In this document: one piece after another, positions 28,239 through 41,052 of the stretch
How the letters are laid out: each line of letters starts with the position of its first letter
Numbering within the stretch: position 1 is the stretch's first letter
Origin: the human T2T-CHM13v2.0 reference genome, Homo sapiens
DNA: 64,000 nt
Reading direction: 5' to 3' (one strand)
NCBI RefSeq assembly: GCF_009914755.1
Contig: NC_060935.1
The notes under the pieces: generated by a model
What the model was told of the DNA's origin: nothing
What the model saw: the letters and a program-made list of their open reading frames with translations, nothing else
Databases searched by the model: none
Program-made: the position numbers and the translations under genes

Positions 28239-28391
28239 CATGTGTGTATAAAAACTACACGTGTTTCTGGGTTGGCTACAGAGACAAACTTCCAACACAA
28301 TCTGCCTACCTTTCCAAACCTGAACTTAGGCACACCAACTACATGTAGACCTCTCAAGGATTTGGTTGTTATACTCATTAAATGTTGTACC

Positions 28392-28803
28392 TGTCAGGCC
28401 TCTGAGCCCAAGCTAAGCCATCATATCCCCTGTGACCTGCCCGTACACATCCAGATGGCCGGTTCCTGCCTTAACTGATGACAATCCACCACAAAAGAAG
28501 TGAAAATGGCCTGTTCCTGCCTTAACTGATGACATTGTCTTGTGAAATTCCTTCTCCTGGCTCATCCTGGCTCAAAAGCTCCCCCACTGAGTACCTTGTG
28601 ACCCCCACTCCTGCCCGCCAGAGAACAACCCCCTTTGACTGTAATTTTCCTTTACCTATCCAAATCTTATAAAACGGCCCCACCCCATCTCCCTTCGCTG
28701 ACTCTCTTTTCGGACTCAGCCCACCTGCACCCAGATGAAATAAACAGCCTTGTTGCTCACACAAAGCCTGTTTGGTGATCTCTTCACACGGACACGCATG
28801 AAA
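28392..28803 (+). mobile_element. LTR7 (HERV-H) solo LTR, LTR7up-like, intact
   Basis: TGTCAGGCCTCTGAGCCCAAGCTAAGCC...GCATGAAA; duplicated GGCC(G/T)GTTCCTGCCTTAACTGATGACA blocks; TATAAAA at 28668; AATAAA at 28739; perfect TSD GTACC at 28387-28391 and 28804-28808. Confidence 0.97.
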
Positions 28804-28857
28804 GTACCTAAAGTGAATCTGTTTTATTATCTGTGATTACCACAAAATATACAACTA

Positions 28858-29172
<315 letters not shown>

Positions 29173-29661
29173 TAGTTTTTTAAAATGTTAATATTCAATC
29201 AGTATTAAGATCTGTGAACCTGTGGCAGGTCCATCAATAGGCATCTAATCCTGCACATTATGTTTTAAATGATGGGTGGGTAGGTAGTCTCGGTGATATC
29301 CTTCACCTGTAATATGCAGCCCAGCGAGGCTCCAGCAGCCTGAGTTACTGAAGTCACTGAAAGCTGCAGGAGGAATAAGAAAAGGGAAAACTGTACTGGA
29401 AGGAGGCCAGGCTGGGGAAAGTGGGGAAGGTGAGAATGAGGTGGTGGGCCCCACATGGCCTGCAGAAATAATATAATAATAGTCCTAGTGGCTATAATAA
29501 ATTGCATATGCAGTGCTTTACATATGTGATCTTGATTCATCCTTAAAACCCTAAGAAGTAAGTACTACTCTTAAACCCCTTAAAATATAGGAGACTAAGG
29601 TCTGATAGAAAACTGAAATACCTTACGTTAGAAACTACAACGGCTGGAAGAGTGTTTCAAA

Positions 29662-30147
29662 CCGTACGTTTCCTATTGTTGCTGTACCTAATTACCACCA
29701 ATTTAGTGGCTTAAAACAACACAAATTTATCCTGTCCCACTTCTACAGGTCAGAAATCCAAAATGACTCTTATAGGGTCAAAATCAAGGTGTGGGCAGCA
29801 CTCTGTCCCTTCCGAAGGCTCCAGGGGAACATCCACTCCTTACCTCTTCAAGTTTCTATGGACTGCCAGCATTCCTTGGCTTGTGGCTACATCACTCCAA
29901 TTTCTGCTTCTGTCATCATATGGTCTTCTCCTTCCTTTAACTCTACTGTCTCCCTTTCATGAGGACCCCTGTGATTATATAGGGTTCACCTTGATAATTC
30001 AGGGTTACACACCCACCCTCAACCCTAACCTCAAATGCTCAATTTAATCACATCGGCAAAGTCCATTTGACCATGGAGAGTAACATAGTCACAGGTTCTG
30101 GAGATTAGGACACAGATGTCTTTGGGGTCATTATTCTACCTACCACA
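29662..30147 (-). mobile_element. MLT1D-type solo LTR inserted in a MIR
   Basis: AATTACCACCAATTTAGTGGCTTAAAACAACACAAATTTAT..GATTAGGACACAGATGTC..CTACCTACCACA. Confidence 0.85.
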
Positions 30148-30329
30148 CCAACCCTGGCTGACATGACTCCTTCGATTGCTAATCAGTCCTCAGTCACCCT
30201 CCCTGTCCCATCTTCTCTCAATCCCCTCCCCAGTTTTACACTGTGGCCAGACCTCAAGACCTGTCATATGCCATGTGCTTTCCCCCGTCTTCCTCCCTCC
30301 AGGTGATTGCCCTCTGCTGAAACGCCTCC

Positions 30330-30625
30330 TTCTTGTCCTCAGCAGATCCTCAAGACCTGCTGAAATCCCAGCCATTATCCAAGCTTAAATGCCAGCTCCC
30401 TATGAGGCCTTTCCTAATCTCTAGCTGGGAGTGCTCTCTGCTTCCTGAGACCCCCGTGGCATTTGAGTAGCACATTTGGATTTGTGCTGGGGTGGCTTGT
30501 GTAAGCTCTTCAGGCTGGAATCATGTGTCATTCATCTATGTATCCCCCACAGCCCACAACACAAAGCCTACACACAGGGGACTTAATGAGCATTTATTCA
30601 GCACCTGAATGGATCAATAGATGGA
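30330..30625 (+). mobile_element. L2 3' fragment
   Basis: CAAGCTTAAATGCCAGCTCC..TGTAAGCTCTTCAGG..TTCATCTATGTATCCCCC. Confidence 0.55.
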
Positions 30626-31391
30626 TACAAGCCAGGATCAGATGAAGCATCCTCTGACTCTTAGTATCACAACACACTGGTCCTCCCCAGAGCCCTCTGT
30701 GCATGTGGCCTGGCATGTCTCACTGCCAAGGTGGCCAGCACTGCCCCCGAGCAGTTTTGACTCTATCTGATGCCCACCACCAGGCTCAGCATGTTTGCTG
30801 AGAGCTGCTTTGGCTTGGAGCTTGAGCTGCATTGAACAGATGATGTATGTAAGGGAAGGCAGAAAGCAAGCGAGAGCTTTCACAGCTGAAGGGATCCAGT
30901 CCCCGCATTCCCATGGCCAAGGAGAGCAGAGCAAGGATGCTCAGCCTGGGAATGTGTTGTTCTGACTGTTTCAGGATCCTGGGCCAGCCCTTTCCTGCCA
31001 TGTGGGGGCCTGGTGTGTGCCTTTGCAGCTGGAGCCACCCACCCCGGAGACATGCTCCTGGACACTCGCCGATCACTTTACAAAACCACTGGGTTCAGGG
31101 TAGCCAGTAAAATCATGCAGCACTGACACCTTTATTTTACCTGCAAAACTCAGGGAGGGGAAGGTCCCAGTCACCATTTTCATCAACCCACATTTATTGA
31201 TGCAGTGGGAAAGAGGCACCAGGCTAGACTCTGGCTCACCTACTCCCAACACCTGCACACACAAGTGCAAACAAGTGTGTGCATGCACATATGAATGTGT
31301 GTACACCTTTGTGCACACTGTAGCACATGTAGGGTTGAAAACAGAGGCCCTCGGTATTCGTTAAGGCAAACCTAGGTTTCCATTTCCTACT

Positions 31392-31490
31392 GATTAAATC
31401 CATTGCTTTAGTGACCACCTCCTCTGGGGACAAAGGGGTTTCAGGCCTTTGTCCCCAGAGGAGGTGGTCAGCAAAGCAATGGATTTAATC
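31392..31490. other. Near-perfect inverted repeat (45-bp arms, 9-nt loop)
   Basis: 31392-31436 is the reverse complement of 31446-31490 at 43 of 45 positions; loop GGTTTCAGG. Confidence 0.97.
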
Positions 31491-31590
31491 CTTTAAACTA
31501 TAAGGCAATGAATCTCAAATAAAAATATTTGAAAAGTTTCTCCAAAGAATGTGTGAGTACTGGGGGCCAAGGAGTAGGGCATTGTTTTTA

Positions 31591-31983
<393 letters not shown>

Positions 31984-32336
31984 AAGAAAGAAGGAAAATG
32001 AGATCTTTTTAGAGCACTTTCCACCTTTGCATTTGTCAGATTTTCACATGTAGTTTGGAATCATATAAATTTCTACCCTCAGTTATCTTTCATCTAATAG
32101 AACTTTTTAAATATGTGCTAATAGCAAACAGATAGATATTGGCTTGTCAGGTATTTGGGGCTTTGCATAACACTGCACCTTTCTCTGGAGATATTTGGCA
32201 GCAGCCACTGCCCTGTGGGACTACAGAGTTGATCACTCTAAGCAGTGGACCAGGGCCACACAGATAGGCATTAGACCCAATAGGCAAATCTAAGGGGCAC
32301 CATTCGCACTGTGGCCGTGCAGAGTCGAATATTTGC

Positions 32337-32364
32337 TGCAAGCATTTTCCAGCAGGTGGCAGTG
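32337..32364 (+). promoter_or_regulatory. CTCF binding motif (core plus upstream motif)
   Basis: CCAGCAGGTGGCAGTG at 32349-32364, with TGCAA 7 nt upstream. Confidence 0.6.
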
Positions 32365-32762
32365 ATGTGTCTCCAGGAAGGAGTTCTGGTTTCTCATTTG
32401 CACCAGGCACCACACGAGCTGGGAAGACTGCTGCAATATCCAGAGGACCTGGTGCCCCTATGTCACCTTGGGTTCTTTCCTTTAGCGATATGGTGCTGGG
32501 AACACAAAGATGGTCAGAATGCCAGGCCATCCCAACCTGTGTCCATGTGACATATCCACTGTGCTAGCCAGGCTTTGGCAGAGAAAGTGACCTGGGTCTG
32601 ATAGAGGCAAACTGAGCAGCTGCACGTGTTTTGACTTATATTCTGGACCCAGACTACATCCTGGTGTGGAGGAAAGAATGGAGAGACAAATGAATATCTT
32701 CCTCGCTGCTGTGTCCTCAGAACCCAACAGAAAGGGTGCACGATATATATTATTGAGGGAAC

Positions 32763-32850
32763 GGATAGATGGATGGATGGATGGATGGATGGATGGATGG
32801 ATGGATGGATGGATGGATGGATGGTTGGATGGATGGATGGATGGATGAAT
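32763..32850 (+). repeat. (GGAT)n tetranucleotide microsatellite
   Basis: About 20 GGAT units with few interruptions. Confidence 0.97.
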
Positions 32851-33699
32851 GAATTAATTATTCAACAGACACCCACCTATGAGTATGTGCTCTCCTGTCA
32901 TTGGATATATTCTTCTTCTCTGGTCTTCAGAGAGAGAGAGAGAGAGAAACAGTAAAAAGCAACACCCAGGGACTTCTACCTCTGCAGGAAGGCAAGAACT
33001 GCCTAAATGAATTCACTGAAAAGATCTCCCACCAGGAAGCAGCTCCTGGAGAGTTCCCTTTCTGGGGAGCAAATCTCTTCCTTAATCACCACTTGCTGCT
33101 GCTCACCGTTACTGCTTGCTGGTCCAGCTGTCTGTCCCACCTCTCAGCAAAGCCTATTTACTAAGCCCATTTGGAAGTCTAAAATGTAATCACTGGCTTC
33201 CTCCTCAGAATATTAATATTCCAATAGGACTTCCCAGAGCCAGGCTGGAGCTCCTTGCAGGATTAGCTGGGTGTGGTCCCATCTGTCTCCTCCTACACCA
33301 ATGCTGCTCAGCTCAAGAAATCCACAGATAAGACAGAAACCAGGCAAAGGCCTGGGCTATGACAGAGACACCTCTGCTGGGAATGACCAAGGTCAGCCTG
33401 GCCGTGAAAGAGTCTGGGCTTAGGAAAAAAGGCTGGGGGGTGGCAGGGGTTTAAGGTCAGGCCTCAGGAGCAGAGCTGAGGCACCCAGGGCTGCCTCATC
33501 CCACTCTTACCTGCTCTGCTTGATACGACGTCTGCCTCACAATGTCTACACCTCTGCAGGCAGGTCTGCAGCCCAGGAGCTGCTGGGCTTAGTGGACAGT
33601 CTGGCTCACAAGGGGACTTAATAAGCACTCAATGAATAGAAGAGCTCTCGGCAACATGACTAAGGCAGAATCCCACTCATTTTTATTTGTCGTAAACCC

Positions 33700-34180
33700 A
33701 CCTACTATTCCTTGCTGCAGCAAATGCTTTTTGAGCACCCACTACACATCAGGCACTGTGCTGGGTGCTGGGAATATACCAAAGAACAAAAAAGGCAAGG
33801 CCCTACCTTTGTGGAGCTCAGTCAAGTGGGAGACATAAATGAGCAAGGAGTCAATTGCAGTAGAGGGGAAAAAATGCACTGCTAGGACTTGGATCAGGGA
33901 CACCCAGACTAATGCAAAAGGATTCCTGGAGGAAGTGGCCATTAAACTGATATTTGAAGGATGAGTAGGAGTTAGCAGGCAGGAGAACCAACATGTGCAA
34001 AAGCCCAGAGGCCAGAGAAAGCCTGGTGCTTTCTAACAAGTCAAAATTCAGGTTCACTAGAGCTGTGAATGGGAGAATGGCAAGAGAGGAGGATGGACGG
34101 AGGCTGGTCTCCAAGAGCCATGTTGTCAGCTATGCATGACTTTCACACTTTGTCCTGGGGACAGAGGGTTAAGCAGGGAT
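33700..34180 (-). mobile_element. L2 fragment
   Basis: CAAATGCTTTTTGAGCACCCACTACACATCAGGCACTGTGCTGGGTGCTGGG..TTCCTGGAGGAAGTGGC..ATGTGCAAAAGCCCAGAGG. Confidence 0.75.
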
Positions 34181-34350
34181 GCAACAACAGAGTCTGGGGA
34201 ATATGTGAGGCCAAAGCAAGTAGGGATTGGGAATTAGCAAAGGAAAATAAGGATTTGGGCATCCTGGAAACCATTTCTGAGCATTTAAAACAAATTCTAT
34301 CTTATTTGGTCTCCCCTAAGGGATAGGCACACAGGTATAAAAGGTTACAG

Positions 34351-34739
<389 letters not shown>

Positions 34740-34939
34740 TCAGATAACCATCTCTCATAAACTTCACACTTCAAAAGGGTTTTCATGTCCACCTCCTCAA
34801 GTGATACTATCATAATGCAGAGGTCAGCAGAGTTACCCTCCACTTACAGATGAGGAAACTGAGACCGAAGGAGGCAAAAGACTCATTAGCAACAGCATTG
34901 TAAACACGGTTGCACAGAGAGCTTTCCAGTTTCCTTATG

Positions 34940-35140
34940 CAGTCAGTTCTCTGTATCTGCGAGTTCCATCGTCAGATCCAACCAACTGTGGATTGAAAAT
35001 ATGGTATTCTCAGGATGCAAAACCCATGGATGCCAAGGGCCAAGTTCTCTTATCTGTGGGTTCTGCAAGACCTGTTGCAAGACTTGAGCATCCATGAATT
35101 ATCCATGGTGGGGGTAGAGTGGTCCTGGAACAAATGCGAT
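34940..35140. mobile_element. Tigger-derived MITE (MER2-like) within a MIR
   Basis: CAGT..CTCTGTATCTGCGAGTTCC..CAACCAACTGTGGATTGAAAATAT..GACTTGAGCATCCATG..GTCCTGGAACAA. Confidence 0.65.
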
Positions 35141-37049
35141 CATCACATAGATTAAGTAAGACTGTTAGTGTGTATTACAGGTGAGGAAACCTAAGGTTAG
35201 GAAGTTTACAGAGCACTGTCCTGCCAGTGAGTGACCACACAGATCCAGGTGGATTTCCACCCCACTTTGCTCCCTGCACAGGAAGAGGAGCCAGCCCTGA
35301 GGCCCTGAGAGCTGGCCCAGCACTCTTGGCATGGCAGGCCACACAGCTGGAGAGAGAGACACTCAGAAGCAGCCCCGCACAGAGGCTTGGGGGATCAAAT
35401 AGAACCCTCAAAACATACAAAACTCTGAGGACTGACTTGAGTGAGCTGAGCACGTATTCCAGGCCGAGCTGTAAGCCCTGCAGAGAGATCACTGGGAATT
35501 CCAAACCCTGCACTGTCTTCCCATCCCTGCCTGGCTCCCTGCCTCCTAGAGCCGAGTCCCATGGCCTCCTAAGGTGGAGTAATGATGAGGACAGCCCAAG
35601 GCCCAGCAGCTCCTCACCAGCTTCTGGAGGCTGGGCCTGTCCTGCTGAGGAGACAGGGCAGGAGCCAGCTCTCTCTGGCACGCTGCTTAGATAGGAAAAA
35701 AAGTAATCTCACTCAGAAGGAACAGCAGCAGCAAACAGAGCCCTCTGTCTGAGGGCCTTCTGCCCTTCCCCTAGTTTCTGTGTATCTTCTCCGCTAGCAG
35801 TTTTTTTCCTGAGGAAGGGGAAGAGGCAGGGGAGTGGGTGCAGACATGGAGATGGACGTTATTCTTTTCTAAAGAAGGTCTTTGTTGCTGTTATTTTCTA
35901 CCTTCCTCCGTGGGCCGAGAGCCCCTGCAGTGCCATGAGGGCTGCTCAGTGCCATGGAGACAATTGTGTTATCAGAGGGAGAGGATTATGGCTCCAGTGG
36001 GGAGGGAGGAGCAGGATCACCAGCTGAGCCGGCGACTGACAAGAGAAGATGACAAATCACTTAGGCCCCAGGTTGAGAGCCCGGCGGCAGGCAGGGAGAT
36101 GCAGAGACAGGTCTTGTCAATTCTGAAGGATTGTCAGTGTCACCGGAAACAACAGTCTCTTTAAAAAGGTGTCATCCCCCTGAAGTGGGGGACACCTGAA
36201 ACAGAGCAGCTGGTGGGGGGCCAGGGGCAGGGGAGGATTGTGCAAATGGCGGAAGGCTGTCCCCGTTACACATCACTGATGGAGGTGGGCTGGGGAAGGG
36301 ACAAGTGGGAAGGAAGAGGAAAGGCAGGCCTGCTGGCCGAGACAGAAGGAATGGGCCCTCCAGGTGGACAGGAAGGAGGTCCACAAGACTTGGGCAAGGT
36401 TTGAATAAGCCTGTATATGGTAAGGACTTAATAAACAAAATCTTTAAAAGAAAAAAAGTGGTGACTCTGAGAGTTCAGTCACCCAGGACATATTGTGAGC
36501 TCCCCTTATACCCAGCACTATGCTACGCAACTTGTAGGACACAGCAAAATAGTAGACGTGGCCCCAGCCTTCCCGATTGGCTGCAAATCCATGTGGGAAT
36601 GACACAACCATGCCTGGCTTTTGTGGGGAGTGGGTGGGCAGGAAGTGGCTAGGCTGGAAGAATCCTCAAGAGAATTTGCAGCAGGAAAGAAGACAGAAGA
36701 AAGAATGGAAACAATCTACCTTATTTCTCGGGACCTCAGTTTCCTCATCTGTACAATGGAGAACCTTACACTCTTGACTTTCTAGGGTGCTGCCTTAAAG
36801 GCACTCTGCTCACCTTTGACCAGGGTTTAGCCTCTTCTCCTCTTGTAGCAGCAGGGAGCAGTTCCTGACATCCTTATCTCCTGGAATATAAATGACTTGG
36901 GCCATGATTTATTACCAAGCAGAGGAAGAAAGAAAACTATGTTGGTGTCTTCGAGGCAACTGGTGGCATCTTCCAAGACTCGCCTGCAACCACTATCCCA
37001 CCCCAGTACACCCAAAATAAATAGGGGAGACACATTTTCAGGGCTCTCC

Positions 37050-37510
37050 TGACACATCTAATGGATATCAGATGGGAGCGTCTGCATAGCAAATAGGAAT
37101 CTAATCTACCCCCTCATTCAGCCAAATGGAAACAGCGGGATCTCCACGGCCGAGCCTCTAGCTTCTGGCAGGTAACACGTAAAAGGAAAATGGAAACAGA
37201 TTACAGTCAGTCTGATATCCACATAACAAATAGGGATCCCGGAGAGAAATTTGTTTTATTGATGTTTGGGAAGAGATCCACTGATTTCCTTGTCTGCTCT
37301 GCCTTGCCACTTTAATTGAAGAAGGTGCTAGTTAACAGCTAAAGGAAAAATAAAATGAAAGGAGGTGCTTAATGGCTGGCACTCGCCTGCTGCCGAGCAC
37401 ATGCAATCAGGCACACACGCCCGCACACACTCTGCAGTAAACTCCCTTCCCGACAACCCAAAGTGTCAGTTGGAACTGACCATTGATTAGGCACAGTTCA
37501 TTTTCCCAGG
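37050..37510. promoter_or_regulatory. Candidate conserved non-coding element
   Basis: Repeat-free, CpG-retaining, with several homeodomain sites (CTAATGG, TTAATTG, TTAATGG, TGATTAG), a CAGATG E-box and a CATTGA SOX-like site. Confidence 0.4.
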
Positions 37511-37904
37511 GGTTGACAGGTGTTGTAGGCCTTAGAGGCAGATGGATTGCAGGGGAACGGATCTGCCGCTGGGCCTGGAGCCATGGGCTGGGGCCTGGGG
37601 AATGTCAGGTTTCTGGAAGGAGTAGCTGAGAACCGCCTGGGATGCAGGCCCGGGTGAGATGTGGCCACCCAGAGGCCAGGGAAGAGTGTTGAGGCGTTCA
37701 CAACAAGCCTCACAAAAACCTGACCTTGGACCTCAAAAAAACAGAGGGAAAGGAAAAAAAATGAAACGAAATCATGGAAAGTAGGCAAAGAGCTGAAAGG
37801 ACAGGAAAGAAGAAAGGGTATAAAAATACCCTGGCTGCTGCATTCTCATCAGTACCATGATCTACATCTGAAGATGCCAGGTAGGAGGGGAGACTTTTGT
37901 GATA

Positions 37905-38090
37905 CTATAAATATAGTTTATAGGCTTTGGTTTATCTTTATGACAGACCCAATAAATAATTTACTGGTCAGTAAAAGATCAAAGAAACTGCTAGAACTGC
38001 AGCCTGAAACATCAACACCTCTAATGTTTATATGTAAGCTACACCAACCCTGTAAATTTACAGCTTGATGGGATAAGTTTATGGTTGTGT
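37905..38090. promoter_or_regulatory. Candidate posterior-HOX/CDX plus TCF/LEF enhancer module
   Basis: TTTATGAC/TGACAG at 37937-37946, CCAATAAA at 37949, AGATCAAAG at 37976, TTTATGG at 38078, palindrome CTGTAAATTTACAG at 38050-38063. Confidence 0.45.
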
Positions 38091-38955
38091 GCCCTGGTCT
38101 CCAAAAGGTAGACATTTTAAGAAAACAAAAGAAAGAAAACACCGGGGCAAATAGACATAAGAACAGACATAATAAGAACAGCACTGTAACAGAGAGGGTG
38201 ACTGACACCACAGGGGTTTGTAGTAGTAACTGTGGGAAGTTGTCATGAACTCAGTCCCACCCCACCCCTCATCTGCCACAGGGAACCCTTAGAAGGGATA
38301 TGTATATTTGTAAAAGTCAACAAAATGTATGTGATTAACCTGAGAAGTCGCTGGAGAGAAATTCAAGGTCTGGTGAGTGAATGGCCCCCAAATTCAATCA
38401 GGGAAACACAGGCATTTTCCCAGGAAGACTGGATGTGACCAAGATTAAGATTCTGGGATTCCCTGGGGAAAAGGCTGTGATGATCTGGCTTTATCCCAGA
38501 GCTCAGGCCACATGTTTATGTTCTGTCTTCCAACTCCCTGCAAAACAGCCCTTCTTTAGCCATCTTGGGGCCTTGGGATATGCACACCAGTGATAGATCT
38601 GGGAAAGAGGCCTTGGGAGTGGCCTTGGGGCTGTTCCAGCAGGGAATTCCAAGTGCCAGGTAGGAGGTAGGCCAGAGCGGGGCCTCTAAAGCACAACCCC
38701 AGAGCAAGGACCCTGTTACCTAGGTCTTCAAGTGGTAGCAGCCTAAAGAGCAGGTGTTTACTGGTGTTCATACAGCACTGGCAAATAGGGAGAGACACAG
38801 ACTGACAGAGGAATTCTGCATTTGCAGCGGTGAAAAGGGAGTCATCAGTTCATGGGCACCTCACCTTGCACCTCAAAAAAGCAGCCCCTAATCTATGCTC
38901 ACCTTTGGACTGTTCATTCACTTTCCTTATTGTTTTAAGGAAGTACTCCAGATAG

Positions 38956-39329
<374 letters not shown>

Positions 39330-39434
39330 TTCTCTGCAATTTTACATCAGTCTTTTGTGAGTCTGATTAGCATGAGTCAATCCCCTTGAGCCCAATCACC
39401 TGAGTACCCTCATCTCTCCCTCCTTATATTTTAA

Positions 39435-39641
39435 CAGGGCCACTGTTATCATTTGGGGTGGGATGAGTGTTTGTTGTATGGCCTGTCTTATTCATTGTAG
39501 AATGTTAACACCCCTGGTCCCTATACATTGATTTTTGATAGCCAGTAACTGCCCTTCGTCACTGAGACCATCAAAATCTCACAGACTTCCAAGTACCATT
39601 GTTCCAGTGTGTAACGCCACCTTCCTAGTGGGGAGCCATTG
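39435..39641 (-). mobile_element. MER20-like hAT-Charlie MITE
   Basis: CACTGTTATCATTTGGGG..TTTGTTGT..CATTGTAGAATGTT..GCCAGTA..CCATTG matches the antisense MER20 layout. Confidence 0.65.
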
Positions 39642-40869
39642 CTCAATCATCTAGGGGAAAAAAACCTGCATATAGATATGAAAGATCAGGAGACACAGAG
39701 ACTGGGAACACACAGACAGGACACATCCGACACACAGAAATGGGGAAAAGAAAATAAACCTCGGGACTAGCCAGGACAATTTATGATACATGTCACACAC
39801 TCCTATAAGATTCAACCAGAACACTAGCATTTTGCTCTTTCTCTCCATGGGAGAGAGGGCTGAAGACTGCTGCCACTCGCCAGAAGGTGACCGGCCATTT
39901 TCTCAGCCCATTAAGGCTGCCCCAAGAATCCCTCTGGGATTTGGAAACCTGTTAAAATGAAACTGTCACCAGAGCTGTGTCTCTTTTACCCCTCCACCCT
40001 GGCCTTCTCCTACTTCCATAGCCATCCTATCCCTAATGGAAGCCAATGCTGATAGATTGATGGCAGCTTGCTTTGCTGTCTTCCTAAGTGGCTTCCCCCT
40101 GCAGGGGTGGGTGGCAGCTGCTGCTGTGGGGCCAGCATGATCGTCAGACTGTAAATGAGCTCACCAGCAGCTTCATTCGTTAGAGTGACTCCATCTAGTG
40201 CTTCCCACCCAGGCTGCAGCCTGTGCTAGGCTGACTCACAATGGAAGGTCTCTCTGTGCCTACACTTGCCCCTTCTCCTACTGTCAGGAGATGAGGAAAG
40301 CATTCTGGCCTTTCTCCTGCCCTCCCAGTGCTCAGCTTCAGGAGTGTCCTGTCGAAGAGGGTAGAGGCAGGAGCCCTCCCGGGCCCCAGGCAGGTCTCTT
40401 TCTTGCCACTGTAGAGAGGGGACAGAGGACCCGCAGAAGAAGACGGAATCTCTCTGCACCCTTTCCTTGTCAGCTTTCTCTTTCAGTGACACCAACCTTG
40501 CATGTCCCTGTGTCACAGCTCCGGTGCCTGCATCCCTGCACACACATCTGATCTAGGGCCCAAGCACCCAGAATCCCCCAAGGATGCTGAGTGGGGGGGC
40601 CCACGTGGAGTGTAGCATGTGACCAACAACCAAGCTACCTGGGTTCCTTCCCCCATTGCCCCTAAAACTAAGAAGGAGAGCCCTTTCCAGCCGGGACCTC
40701 GGGAACTCAGCTCTGCCTCCACAGTTTGTCTCTGTTCCCCTCCTCATCTCTAAAACAAATCAACTCTGGCTTTCCCTCCCTGCTATTCAGAGTGCAAGAA
40801 ACTACTTCACTGCAGGCTCTGGAACCTTGGGGTATGAACCACACATAAGTATATAGCGCGGAGATGGAT

Positions 40870-41052
40870 AATTAGTATCTTTACCATTTACAGAGCATCC
40901 ACCCCACGTGCTCTATACCAAGTTCTTTAAATACATCATCTTAGTTGATCCTCATAGCAATCCTGTGAGTTAGGTGCTATTATTATTCCTTATTTTAAAA
41001 GCCGAGTCAACTGAGGCTCAGAGAGGTTAAAAAAATTTGCCAAGGGCCACAT
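40870..41052 (-). mobile_element. MIR
   Basis: ATCCTCATAGCAATCCTGTGAG..AACTGAGGCTCAGAGAGGTTAA..TTGCCAAGGGCCACA. Confidence 0.8.

Noticed and set aside
31255-31330. Alternating purine-pyrimidine CA/TG stretch beside the hairpin (similar one at 165-215)
   Set aside because: Degenerate simple repeat with only short chance palindromes; weak Z-DNA potential and no link to the hairpin arms.
32666-32955. ORFs with MDGW repeats
   Set aside because: Translation of the (GGAT)n microsatellite.
35175-35694. Overlapping 168-aa and 155-aa ORFs on opposite strands
   Set aside because: No homology that I recognise, overlap with MIR sequence, and no convincing splice or promoter context.
40090-40105. CTCF-like CCTGCAGGGGGAAG on the minus strand
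   Set aside because: Mismatch at the highly conserved C of the GGC core; too weak without ChIP data.
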